NCBI GenBank assembly: GCA_002269645.1
Contig: NIVC01003980.1
Location: 1 to 64,000 of the forward strand
Reading direction: 5' to 3'
DNA length: 64,000 nt
Source of the DNA: Macrostomum lignano
Lineage: Eukaryota
Each line of letters starts with the position of its first letter. Position 1 is the stretch's first letter. Both the position numbers and the translations under genes were made by a program. Shown piece after piece: positions 50,101-62,592 of the stretch. Below the pieces are notes generated by a model that was not told the DNA's origin, did not search any database, and saw nothing but the letters and a program-made list of their open reading frames with translations.

Positions 50101-53100
50101 GGATCTGGTGTATTGGGGATCTGGTGTATTGAGAATCTGGTGTATTGGGGATCTGGTGTATTGGGGATCTGGTGTATTGGGGATCTGGTGTATTGGGGAT
50201 CTGGTGTATTGAGAATCTGGTGTATTGGGGATCTGGTGTATTGGGGATCTGGTGCATTGGGGATCTGGTGCATTGGGGATCTGGGTGTATTGGGGATCTG
50301 GGTGCATTGAGGATCTGGGATCAATTCCATGGGCACATGGGATTCCATAATCTTGCATATCAACAATTATTTGTCAAAATAGTTCTGAAATGTGTTGAAA
50401 ATCTGTGTATTAAAACTAATAATTTTACAACTAATGCCTATTTTATATGCTACTTAATCGTATTGCATCACCCTTTGGGGCCGCCGAGGTTCGCCAGCAG
50501 TGAGTGTCTTGACTTGCACAACTATATTTATTAATATTATATTAAATTATATTTTGTGTTCGTTCCGTTTTTTGGCCTTGGTAAAGATATTTGATTTAAG
50601 CAGAGTTTTTTTTTTAAAAAGTACATTGTGTCCCGGCTATCCCTTGCAATCAATAAATGCTACTCAAAGCAGGACTCGGCAGCATTCAGTCGGCTCAGCA
50701 GCATTCGGTACGCTCTCTAACTGCTAATTAATTATGTTAATTAATTAATTAAAGCAGCTCTTTCTTGCCACGAGAAGGGTTGAGACCAAGTGGCCTTGGT
50801 TTGCCAACAAAGAAATCTGTCTTTTAAATATCCTTACAATACTACTTAATATATATATCGTTCATTTCTATGTATAAAAGACACACAAACAGCGTAGTGG
50901 CTTGTTGATTTCAGTTTCTTAATATTCATCATATATATGCATTTGTATTTATTGTCAAAGATTGAAACGCGTAGTGTGACTCTTTGCACCCAGCAAGCTC
51001 TCTTTATGTGTTTGTTTACTAATCAGTTTTTTACCAACTTTTTACTGACCGTTGCTACCTGCCTATAATTTTGGTAATACTGCCTTTGTTGGATTAATTG
51101 AATTTGGTCGTGTAACTTTATAATTATTTATCCTAGTGGTACACTGCAGCTCTTGACTTTTGTGAATGATATAACAAGCATTATAATTTATTAATTAATC
51201 ACTACACACTGCCGACACACGCCGCACACTTTGCGACTTTGGCCCAGTTAATTACGTACTTAACATAATCGGATTAGAACTAAGTGTTTTTTAAGTGTGC
51301 TCTTCAAGTAGTTCTTTTATTGTGTGTGCTTGCGCGTATGGTCTTCCCAAACCAACTCCCAGGCATTCGCAATATTCCCTCCGCATATAATTATTCAAAT
51401 TGTTTGTTATATTTTGCTTTTTCTTTCATTTCTTAAGTGTGTGACACTTAGGTTTTGCTGCAATCTGCTTATCAAATCAGTCATCTCCAGGTATTTTTGG
51501 CCTCGAGAGACTGACCTGTTTGTTTCCTTCTGTTGAGCCATAGAAATCTATCATCTTGACCCATAGGAAACCTTTGACTTTAGGTTTAAGACCCTTTTGT
51601 AGTCAGTGCTTCTGCTAGTGGGTCAATGTGCTGGGTCAAGATCCCCGCTCCTTGACCCTCATTCAGTCAGTGGGTCAGGAATCCCCAAACATTGACCCTC
51701 ATTTAGCCAGTGGGTCAGGAATCCCCACACCTTGACCCTCATTCAGTGGGTCAGGAATCCACACACCCTGACCCTCATTCAGTCAGTGGGTCAGGAATCC
51801 CCACACCTTGACCCTCATTCAGTCAGTGGGTCAGGAATCCACACCATGACCCTCATTCAGTCAGTGGGTCAGGAATCCCCACACCTTGACCCTCATTTAG
51901 CCAGTGGGTCAGGAATCCCCACACCTTGACCCTCATTCAGTCAGTGGGTCAGGAATCCCCACACCTTGACCCTCATTCAGTTAGTGGGCCAGGAATCCCA
52001 CACCTTGACTTCATTCAACCAGTGGGTCAAGAATCCACACCATTGACCCTCATTCAGTCAGTGGGTCGGGAATCCACACCCTTGACCCTCATTCAGTCAG
52101 TGGGTCAGGAATCCCCACACCTTGACCCTCATTTAGTCAGTGGGTCAGAAATCACCACACCTTGTCCCTCATTTAGCCAGTGGGTCAGGAATCCCCACAC
52201 CTTGACCCACCGGCAGATAGTTTCACTATGGCGATTCACATCTGCTCAACTCTCTGTCCTCAATCGTCTGCTCTCCGGCCACTCTCACAATCTTAAATCC
52301 TCCCACCTGCTCCCTGTCAACTCGCCCAGTCATTAATCTGATTTCCCACTTGACTCCGTCAGCTGCTCAGGCGAGCTTTTGTCAAGCGCCGACGCCGTGC
52401 GTGGCTACCTCAGCCGCCCCGATGCCTGCCTGTGCGCCCTGCCGCTGGCCTGCGACCTTCGTCAACGACGTTCTCGACAGCGACGTCGACAGGCCGACGA
52501 GCAGCAAGACGGCGGCGCCGAGACTTCAACGGTAGAGGACGCGGCCGAAGACTCCGATGAAGCAGTTACGCTGCCAGAGGATTCCGCCGAAGCTCTGGAA
52601 GCCGCCAGACGGCTGTTCAACTTCCGGCCAGACAGTCCCGCTCTGTGGCCGCCGCCGCTGCCAGCTGAGGAGCAGCAGAGGCTGGAGACTTGCCGGAGCG
52701 CCAAGCGGCTGGAGTTGAAGCGGGCAGCGGACTCGGCTGTCGCGGCTGAGGATGAAGAGGCGGCGAAGAAATCAAAGGAGGCTGAGGTGGGTCATCTCTG
52801 ACAAGTATTTACTAGTGTAGGGCAGGGGTCGGAAAAGTTTTTAATCTCGAGGGAGGAGAAAGAGAGAGGAGAGAAGAGGAGAGGAGGGGAGAAATGAGAG
52901 AGAGGAGAAGAGAAGAATGGAGAGGAGAGGAGAAGAGAGGTGATAAGGAGAGATGCGAGAAAGAAGAGAAAAAGCTGAGAAAAGCGGGCCGGATAGAGGA
53001 GAGTCTTTGCCTTCCCCTGATATCGGGGGGGGGGGGGGCACTAATAGACACGCTCATACGCTGGGGTACACTGTGTGCGGAGGTTCGTGTTGAGCAAGAG

Positions 53101-53655
53101 TCGAACAATTAGCATCTGTGTTCCATTCCTTTTCAGACAGCCGAACCAGACCCCAGCGACGCGGCGCAGGATCTGTCATCTGGGGCAGCTGCTGCTGGGT
53201 CATGCCAAGCAGAATCCGGTGCTGCAGCAGAAGAGAAGCTCAACGAAGAAGAACCGGATGACCTTGAAGCCAGCGCCGAGAGCGTCAATGTGATCGCCCC
53301 GCGCCGGGTTGCCACTCCGGAGTCCCGCCTGCTCGTAGCTGGCAGCTCCGTCACCTGGGTGTCCGGCCCCCTAGCAACGCAGACCGCTCCCGTGCAGGCC
53401 TGGGCCGGCTCTGCTAGCCGGCATCGCCACGCTTCCAACGGCTGTTTTCCTGGCGCCCCGTCGATGCCGCTGCAGCAGCCGCCGCTGGGACGTCAGCGAG
53501 CTCCGTCCGCTCCGGATGGTCGGCCAACGCAACTCGCCGTTGTGATGTCGCCAAAATCGCTGATGAGCAGGGAATTCCTGCCTGCTGCAGTCGCCCTGCC
53601 AGAGGCTGCGGCTGATGGAGCGCAGCTGGGACCGGATGGGGATGCAAATCCCTGA
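44183..53655 (+). CDS. MBD5: MBD5/MBD6-like protein with a long poly-Q/poly-A N-terminus (exons 44183-45048, 52363-52786, 53137-53655)
   Basis: Splicing AG|gt (45048) to tcag|C (52363) yields RWQRLVDENGCVSYRSCSGELLSSADAVRGYLSRPDACLCALPLACDL...LFNFRP. This matches the recalled MBD5/6 MBD ([51 protein letters not shown]). Splice phases are consistent. Confidence 0.8.
45345..45455. repeat. Short degenerate tandem of 'tttggcgctaaa', about 5 units
   Basis: Directly visible. Confidence 0.7.
45705..50320. repeat. 4.6-kb 16-bp satellite (ggggatctggtgtatt / gagaatctggtgtatt) in an MBD5-like intron
   Basis: Roughly 290 units directly visible, with recurrent variant blocks. Confidence 0.98.
51645..52210. 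repeat. 40-bp minisatellite with internal inverted TGACCC/GGGTCA, about 14 units
   Basis: cttgaccctcattcagtcagtgggtcaggaatccccacac repeated. Confidence 0.95.
52823..53019 (-). mobile_element. hAT/Charlie-like CT-rich MITE (family copy 3, both ends present)
   Basis: CAGGGGTCGGAAAAG...CTTTGCCTTCCCCTG termini around a GA-rich core. No TSD match. Confidence 0.65.
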
Positions 53656-53684
53656 CTGACTGGCCTGCGGTGAGTGCTGGGGCT

Positions 53685-53699
53685 GACAGACTGACAGAC

Positions 53700-53738
<39 letters not shown>

Positions 53739-53740
53739 GC
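53685..53740. repeat. (CAGA)n microsatellite
   Basis: Directly visible. Confidence 0.95.
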
Positions 53741-54249
53741 TAAAAGTCTAACAAACCGTTCCCTTCGTAGTGAAATTATTGTATTTTTCATTATTCAACC
53801 TACACTACTCGTGTCAGTAGAAATGTAGAAATATCGCTATTTATTTTCAGAATGGCAGCTTGGCGACCTAATGAATTGGGTTGAGAAAGATTAGAAATTT
53901 AACTGCCTCTGGCGAGTTTTCCGTGTGCGAATTCTCCCCCTGACCTACAAAAGTCCGACTCGGCCTCTGCTGCACTCACTTCCTCATTTTAATTCCCGTT
54001 TAGACTAAATGCTTCATATTATAGTTTGTTATTGCGTTTCGAAATTTTCTGAAAGCTTTTTGTATCCTCTATATATATATATATAATGTAAACATGTGTA
54101 ATGCTGTAAGCCTAACGGAACTTAATACGCTATTCCAATCACATGCATACAGGTAGTTTTTTGCTTTGTCTAATCTGTTCTATCTATAAAAAATAGACAT
54201 ATTTATTATATATTATGTGTTATCATAAAAGGAATAAACTTTGACTGCA

Positions 54250-54852
54250 ACTAAGACAGACAGACAGACAGACAGCAAGACCAACTTTAAGAAGGACACT
54301 GAAACAGACACTGAGACAGACACTGAGATAGACACTGAGACAGACACTGAGACAGACACTGAGACAGACACTAAGACAGACACTGAGACAGACACTGAGA
54401 CAGACACTGAGACAGACACTGAGACAGACACTGAGATAGACACTGAGACAGACACTGAGACAGACACTGAGACAGACACTAAGACAGACACTAAAACAGA
54501 CACTGAGACAGACACTGAGACAGACACTAAAACAGACACTGAGACAGACACTGAGACAGACACTAAAACAGACACTAAAACAGACACTGAGACAGACACT
54601 GAGACAGACACTAAGACAGACACTAAAACAGACACTGAGACAGACACTGAGACAGACACTAAAACAGACACTGAGACAGACACTGAGACAGACACTAAAA
54701 CAGACACTGAGACAGGCTCTAAGACAGACACTGAGACAGGCTTTAAGACAGACACTGAGACAGGCTCTAAGACAGACACTGAGACAGGCTCTAAGACAGA
54801 CACTGAGACAGGCTCTAAGACAGACACTGAGACAGGCTTTAAGACAGACACA
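54250..54852. repeat. 12-bp minisatellite (gagacagacact), about 48 units
   Basis: Directly visible. Confidence 0.96.
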
Positions 54853-57800
54853 AGTCTTCAAGAGTAGAATGTTAGGTAATTCTGCATCTCAATGTTTTGT
54901 CTATTCTCTGAAAAAAATGTTCTTATGTATAATAAAATAATAATCAGTTTAACTTGTTTTGTAGTAAAGTGCATGGTTGAAAATCAAAGCATATTTATCA
55001 TTGTCATTTGCTAAAATCGGCCTCACTTCAGTGCCATAGTTTGTGTTATAAAATAATACGCCATATGAATAACATTTTCTAGCAGCACTCTGGTTATACT
55101 ACTAAATACACTACTGCTCACTGATGTATTTGGCTTTTTTCATCTCGACCGGCCTTACCGTGAAAATGCGTTAATTAAACAAAATTACTAATAGTACGTC
55201 AAATTGACTTTTTTATTGTTGCAGAATCTGATTTTGATTTGCTTTTTTGTCTCGTCCTTTCAGTTTTTTCTTCCTCTCTTTCTCTCTCACGTCTCCGTTT
55301 CCTGTTATTTTTCCATTGCTTGTGGAAAAATAATAAATTTTGCACAAACTTTAATTACACCATGTAGTTGTGCGCGCTGTTGTTTTTACTTTCACGTGCG
55401 GTTTTTTTTCGATTGTCTGGATGGAGAAGAAATGATTGATTAATTTAAACAATTTAATAAAATGTAAGTTGTTACAAATTGTTAATAATTTGTAATGTCA
55501 TTTTATAGGCACGATGGAATTTATTATATCTGCAAAAAAATCAAAGCGATTATATATGTTCAATGTTCTTTTTTGTTGTTTTTTGTGTGAAAATTGCAAT
55601 ACGTGTGCATTTTTGCTTGGGTTAACTGTCTTTAGATAGCGAAAAAGTTATAGTAATTATCAACTCGTTATGTAGCTTGTAAATTTAAATTAACGATTTC
55701 TATAACAAAAATTTTCCGCGTTATCTTGTTGTTTGAGTTTGTCTGTTCTCATCTCTGAATTGTTTATTCAATATTGTCTCAAATTGATTGAATTTTCGGT
55801 TATTGCAGACAGCTTATGCTAGCCAATGCGACACACAACACACAGAGTGCAGGCGGCGCGTGTGAATTTATGTTTTGTTTGTTTGTTTCTTTTCTTTTTT
55901 CTGCTTTCCCTTAAAAATATGGCGTATTAATATTATATTAGTCTGTGAAAAACTATTATTTAACTACGAGTGGTGTTGCAAAGTTTTTGCACTTTGCGTG
56001 TTTCGACACAAATGTCCTACTGAGGTGACCTTTTAGCCTACAACTCTTGCATATCTGCTCGATTAGATTGTTGAATTGCACAAAGGAACGATTCGAAGTG
56101 CTGAGTAAAACTTTTAACAAAATTTTATTTGTTTTTAGCACGGGTTTTATAAGAGCTAATTCATTATCCATTCAATAGTGCAGATTTGCAGAGTTTTGGC
56201 TAAAGTTTGTCAATTTTCGGGGAACTTTTGCAACACAACTCGTATCTATATACCTGTATTTGTGTAATCAAATATATATAATTATTACATTAGATCACTT
56301 TCACTTCACACACGCAAGCAAAGCAAAAAAATCAAATTTGATCAATTCGTATTTCTGTCTTTTTGTCGTCTGTGTTTGAATTTTCTGGCATGTAGATGTA
56401 CATGTACTTGTGTACACTGCCCCAGCAGTGAGACAACTAAGTGTAGTGTAGTTATCTTAGTTGGGTTCGAATTTCATTGATCTTTAACCTTATTTGGCAG
56501 CCGGTGGTGATATAAGCTGGTGTATGAAAATGCCTTTGGATTGTGGCCAACAGGTGTATGATATGGAAAGTTCACACTAGTCCATAGTCCATTTCATACA
56601 CCTTACAGTGTACTCGGCATAACTTTTTTAGATAAGAACCTCCTACTAAACTGCAACTCGGTCTCTGTATTCAGCTGTATTGCTTGTTTTGTAGGCTTAC
56701 ATGTGTGCGGTACGTGCGCTAGCAGCTCTCTTTATCTCTGGATTGAGACCCACGAAGCAGAATTTGGTTCAAAGAGTGACAATTTATCACTGAATTTCCT
56801 GACTCACTAACAGGTCGAATCCGTGTTGCTATAGTTAGAGTTTTGGTGCTACTCATGATCCTAGACTTTAGGTGGGAGTCAATGGGGGGTCATGACCTCT
56901 CCAGACGGCCCACCATTAAAATTTTCAATCTTCATTTTTTACAATTATCAGAGTTATGATATTTAGTAGTAAGGTAAATATGCGGTAGGAATAGACCTAA
57001 AATCTAAAGTCCCTCTTGTGTCGCCAAAATTTACACCAAGTAGCTTCAAGTTCCCCCAACAGCTGCGAAAGCAAAAGCAGAGCTCAAGTGTGCTGCTTTA
57101 CTCCAACTGAAAGAATGTTGGCAAGAATATACTACTCACTTTGACTTACTAAACCAAGCCACTAATAGAGAACCAACGGTCCAGATTATTAGGCAGCAAA
57201 ACCTCTTTGTTACATCGCTTAACTAAGCCAGTAAGACTTAAGGGGTTGGGCCCTGGAGGTGGAGGTTGCAGATTTGTTTGTTAAAGAACGTATCGATTCA
57301 ATATAGTGAAAGAATAAATGGGGCTATCCAGGCCTTTTAACGAGGGGCCCGTGTGGGCTTGCTGACTAACGCAAGACTAACACATTCGCAAATTACAAAA
57401 GCGAATGCCTTATACTACTACTGAAATGCAAACGTTTTTAATGTACCCAATTGAATGGAAAGGACAATTGAAGGTCGATTTGTTTAGTATATATTTAACG
57501 TGTATATTCAGGTTTCCGTTCATTTAAAGAGAAAAAATATAAGTCAAGTGAAAACCAATTCAATTAATTCATCCTTGTTTTCCATGTTAGGTCTCCATAA
57601 ATGGCACTACTTTGTCATGGAAATTCTAATATATTCTACGTAATGCATACAGATAAAACTAAAGATTCTTTATATTCTCTAGCTTTTGAATTTCTACTTT
57701 ACATTCTTAAATACTTAACCATCAATGTCCATCATACTCAACTGTTCAGTCTGTTCTTTCTGTTTCTTTTTCTATATGCGGTTAGGTTTTAAATACAACT

Positions 57801-58145
57801 TCATACATGCAGCTACACGCACTATACTACTGAACCAAATTCACGCCACTGATATTCTTGCACACGCGTAGTATATAATAAAATCGGAGGGAAAAAGCGT
57901 CAAAAAATTCTCCGTTTCATCGCCAGTCAGAAATTCTGTCAGCGCCCGTGTGCAACGAAGACCACTCTACGAATTAAATTTTGACCGACGTCTGGAATCA
58001 TCTCAGCCTTTATTCATCAAATCAACCGTGTATTTCTGCTATGTAAAGAGATTCGTGGATTTCATGTCCTTTTTGCTATTCTTTGCAACTCTCAACTGGC
58101 AGCAACTGCCAACGTTCGACACTGGGAGGTTGCGGAAAGTACATT

Positions 58146-61100
58146 ATGAGCAAAGTCTCGTTTCGAGCCAGAGCTTTAGACTCCAATCGACCTCTGCAAC
58201 TGCATTTTGACCATGAAATCCCAGATCTCTCCGACTATGCATCAATCAGCCGATCTGTGCCTCTTCTGCCTTCTGGCATGGAGAAGGACGAAGAAACGGT
58301 ACTACTTTGCTTATGTACAATTCTTATTATTCCATGACTTTTGATGGCATTTTAATATTTATTAGGACTTATTATTAGTTTTGCATGCACCAGCGCGTAA
58401 TAAGTCCTAATATTTTAATTGGAAATATACTTAGTCTAAAACAAAGTAGATCCGTCTAAGTCAGACGTGTACATTGTGTTTGTGGCACTTATTTAAAGCA
58501 AAATAAAAACGATTTTGATGTTTGGTGTTCAATAGCTTGCCTGTTTTCTGCATAAGTTCTTGGTGGCTTTGAAGTTTGTCAAAAACATTATTCCTTCAGT
58601 GTCCTATAATATTGTGCCTTCTGCAATTTTTTCTTTTAGATAAAAAATCTATTCACTCAATTGTTATGTCAAATGACCTATAGTTCACTACAGAACTTTT
58701 CTCCAATTAAATTTGGTCATTACTACATTTAATTCTGTCTAACAGTCTTATACACCTTAGACATTTCTAAAAAAGTTTAAAGGATTTGGTCATGACTAAA
58801 AAAATCAGGTATGTTATCATTATCGCAATATGATGATATTAATCTATCTTATTTTAAATTAAACTCAAGAGAATTAACAATTAACTTAGTCCTAATAAAC
58901 TTTAATCATTTTTATTCACTGGGTGATATATTAGCAGGTACTAGGGGGCCCTATTAGAATAAATGTTGAAAATCTATAGATGCGCGCTTTAGAATAAAGT
59001 AAGGTCAAATTATTTTATCTTGCTTTAGCATTATCAAAGACAGTTTGTAAAAACAATTTATGCAAAATTGTTGATTGCAATCTATCAAAATTAAAATTTG
59101 CTAACTTTCTGAAATTGAAATTTTCCAAAAACAAAATTTAGAAAAATAGTTTAATATGACCAACACTCATATTTTGCTTTTGGTTTGCTTATGCAAAACT
59201 AAATACATGTATATGTAGTTAGAAATTAGTTTATTTTTAGCTACTTTTTTAAACACTTCCAAAATTTTGATTTCTAAATTTTTCAAAATCAAAATTTTTT
59301 CTTTATAATTCTAAACTTTAGAAAATCAAAATTTTGGAACAACTCTAAGCATTATAAATGATGAGTGTATTAGGCCCTTTTCCATGTATATTTATTTGTT
59401 GGAGTAGCAGCCAGTAGAAAAAGGGCAGTGTGCGCGTGCAAGTGCTGCGTACTTGTATGTATTGCATTTAAAAAAATTTCAAAAGAATGCCAAATGCTGT
59501 CTGCAGTTTTACAACTTTATCTTATAGGGCTAGGGGGAGGGAGGCTAATGATAATGTTATTAGTTATATTCTAAAAATGCGATATAATTCAAAGTAAAAT
59601 ATAGCCAATAATATTTAGCTTTAAAGCAAGTCTAACTAAATAGTTGGTTGGCTCTAATAATAGGGGCCTAGCCTGTCATTATTTGTGATATTAATAGATT
59701 AAAAAATAAAGTATAACTATAACATTGATTTACAAAGAACAGTTTATTTTCATCTAAATAGACATAATCATTGAATAAGCTACATTGTTTTGTTTTAACA
59801 ATGTTAACTTTTTTATAATTATGTTACCATTGCCATGATAAAGATATTATCTATATAGTGCCATACTAATAATTGGTTTGTTTATTCTTTTTGTAGCAAC
59901 CTAGGCCATGTAATAAAAGAAACTGGTTCCCAACCAATTGGTTTTTTAATTAATATTAATGCCTTATTAGAGCCATAGTTAGAAAGATAGCTTTTTACTG
60001 AAAATAACAAGCAAATTTAGCCTGGGTCAGAGCAAATTTAGGCAAAGTAAAGGTAGGTTCAAGGAAAATTGGGACAAGGTAATAGCAGTTACGGTTAGGT
60101 TAGAGACCAAGTGTGATTAAGAGCAACAAAGTAGTTGACTGGTTTCTTAAGCTAAGCCATGTTCCTCATTTGTTAGCCAATATTGCTATGTGTATCTAGA
60201 TAAAAATTATTGAATGACTGAATTGAATAGACTTTAAAATCTTTAAAATACCAACAAATTAACTAAAGATCTTAGTACTAATCAAGATAATTATGCTTAT
60301 GCTCTAGCATATTGACTTAAAAAATCATATCTTAAAATTAGACCTTTGATGCAAGTGCAAGTACTAGCAAAAACCTAGGCTAGGTTTTTTATGCAATAAT
60401 AAATAGGAGGCTATAGCCTAGTAGTATTCTGTAGTACTCTTATATCCTAGCAGGCTAGACCCAAATCCAAGTGCAATAGCATTAATTTGAAACTAAATTT
60501 GAGTCTTGGCTTAGGTCTGCTTATACAATTAATGCTATTGATACTTAAAAGCCAACCACAAAAAGACGAAAAGATATTGTAGCTGCTGCCTAGTTACCTA
60601 GTTAAGGTGGCTCTATATTTCTATGAGAGCATACATGTGCAACCTTGGGATTCACTTGGCCTTTTCTATTGGCAACACATACATGTAAGTCACTATTGGC
60701 TGAAAGCAGTCATGTGACTACTATTGTCCAATAGCAACTTACATGTATGTGCCTATGTTTGACTGTATATGTATAATGGGATTGGAAGAATGGGCAGAGT
60801 GCACCAGAGTGCACACAGCTCCCCACCTCTGATAAAAAATCGATTGCCTTATAGATAGATTTCCAGATCAAAACTGGGATTTATTTGATCTTGAAGATTA
60901 GATGCTACTATAAAATAACTTTCAAGAATCTAAGTTGTAACATAAATAAGACATGTTGGAAATTTCATATTCACCAATCAGAAATGATTGCAATATTTAA
61001 CAGTTAATCAAAATCAAAAGTACTTGAAAAGCTTTCATCCCTTGTGCCTGTCTCAGCGTCAACTCACCTTACCCAACTTTCACCCGAACAGGAACACCAT

Positions 61101-62592
61101 CTTCAAGAGGCACTGTTCGCCAGCAGCAGTTCAAGTCAACAGATCTTCACGCCATCCCCATACCCGAGATTGACGAGAATGCCAACAAGTTTAAGAGTTT
61201 GTACCACGCACTGTGCCGCGAGGGCACATTCCGCATGCCTAAGCAGTACATCCGCGTGCAGGCGTTCTCCTTGGATCACGGCGATAATGAAACACCAGAT
61301 TACGATCTGGACAGCGAGGACGAGGCCTGGCTATCAGCCTCGAAGCTCAGCTTGCCACCAATCGATCTGGAACGAATGCTGGAACAGTTGGAACGGTACA
61401 GCGATCACACTGTTGTCAGCTTGAATGAGGCCAAGGCTCTGTTGAAAAAAGATGACGGATTAACTACAGCCGTGTACGATTATTGGCTAGCTAAGCGGCT
61501 TAAGCACGGCCAACGGTTGAGTCTGGCTATCAAAGCCGATCGGAGAGACGGCTCGTCGAACAATGACCCGTATGTGGCGTTCCGGCGCCGTACAGAGAAG
61601 ATGCAGACTAGAAAGCACAGGAAAAATGACGAGGCCAGCTATGAGAAGATGCTGCGCCTTCGCCGCGACATGGACCGGGCCTGTTCCCTCATTGAACTGC
61701 TGGTCAGGCGCGAGGAGACCAAATCCGCTCTGTTAGACACCGAACTGCGCGTCTTCCAACGTCGCTGGTCGGCTCGCGATTTTGACGCCAGCCAGCTGCA
61801 GGCTGCCGCCGTTGCTGCCGCGGCCGCTGCTGCCGCTAAAAAGTCTGCAGCAGCAGCATCAGCAGCGGCCGCTTCCTCATCCTGGCAGCAGCAGCATCAA
61901 TTGAATCACCATCAGCAACAGCATCAACAGTCAGCGGCGCATCAACGCGGCTCCACAGCCAAGCGGGCGAGGAGGCGGCCGCCACCGTTGCCAACTCCGC
62001 CCGAAGTTGCAGCCGCTGAAGCCGCCGCCGCCGCCGCCGCTCCTCCCTTGTTTGTCGACGATGATTCTTTACTGCCTGGCGGTGACAACGGCGGTCGATT
62101 TGTCTGGTGCAGGCGTCGGGTTGGCGCGGTGTACGCGCCAGCCAAGCCGTTGACCGACGCTGAAGACTCTGCAGCGTTGCCACCGTCGGGACTCAGCCCA
62201 GATCGGCTTTCGCTGGCGTCTACGGACGCCGAATGTTCAGCCTGACCCGACTGCCCTGCGTTGTTGGCTCCGAGTCGTCAACAGCATCTGCATCCTCCTG
62301 TCATCTGTCTTCCTCGGCCGGCTCGCGTCATTGCCGACCCTTAGCGGCCTATGTCGGTTTGCGGCTGGGCCGCGGCGGGCGCCTGCTGATTGACAGGCTG
62401 TCCGGGCCGCCAGGTGTGGACGCCTACCTGTCCGGCTGGGAGGCCCGTCAGTCTGGCCTTGAGCTGCCAGACGCTCCGCCAGCCACCGTGTGCGCCCACT
62501 CTGGCGAACTGGTGGAAGAAGATCCTTTGTTCGATCTGCGACTGCCAGCCTACGAGCTGGCCGCCACCTCAAACAATGGCACTGTTGGATAA
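58146..62592 (+). CDS. EPC1: Enhancer of Polycomb homolog (NuA4/Tip60 subunit); exons 58146-58298 and 61092-62592 with two 1-nt frameshifts
   Basis: MSKVSFRARALD..PL...IPDL..YASI.R.VP.LPSGMEKDEE|EHHLQ; F.MPKQYI; PDYDLDSEDEAWL; AVYDYWLAKR; DGSSNNDPYVAFRRRTEKMQTRK.RKNDEASYEKML.LRR; R.GRGGR.LIDR. All are EPC/E(Pc) hallmarks. EPC1 versus EPC2 cannot be resolved. Confidence 0.95.
60405..60560 (+). mobile_element. tRNA-derived SINE family 2, decayed partial copy C
   Basis: 'ccaagtgc...cattaatttg...tcttggctt..tctgcttatacaattaa...aagccaacc' matches copy B. Confidence 0.6.
60676..60751. other. 76-bp hairpin / tiny foldback element
   Basis: Arms CACATACATGTAAGTCACTATTGG and CCAATAGCAACTTACATGTATGTG are complementary at 22 of 24 positions. 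Confidence 0.75.

Noticed and set aside
47028-50366. 1112-aa and related ORFs (PDPQYTRSPIHQILNT repeats)
   Set aside because: The 16-bp satellite has no stop in any minus-strand frame, so long ORFs are automatic. It lies antisense within an MBD5-like intron.
51645-52210. CRISPR-like palindromic repeats
   Set aside because: Units are contiguous with no unique spacers, there are no cas genes, and the context is eukaryotic. The same applies to the other arrays.
53290-53420. LVAGSSVTWV...QAW as the MBD5 PWWP domain
   Set aside because: Spacing and residues fit poorly, so it is not called.
54213-54867. Mucin-like TDTE-repeat ORF and its antisense frames
   Set aside because: Product of a 12-bp minisatellite, with no splice or start context.
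61130-62245. Programmed ribosomal frameshifting in EPC
   Set aside because: No slippery heptamer or downstream structure seen, and similar indels occur in unrelated genes; assembly error is simpler.
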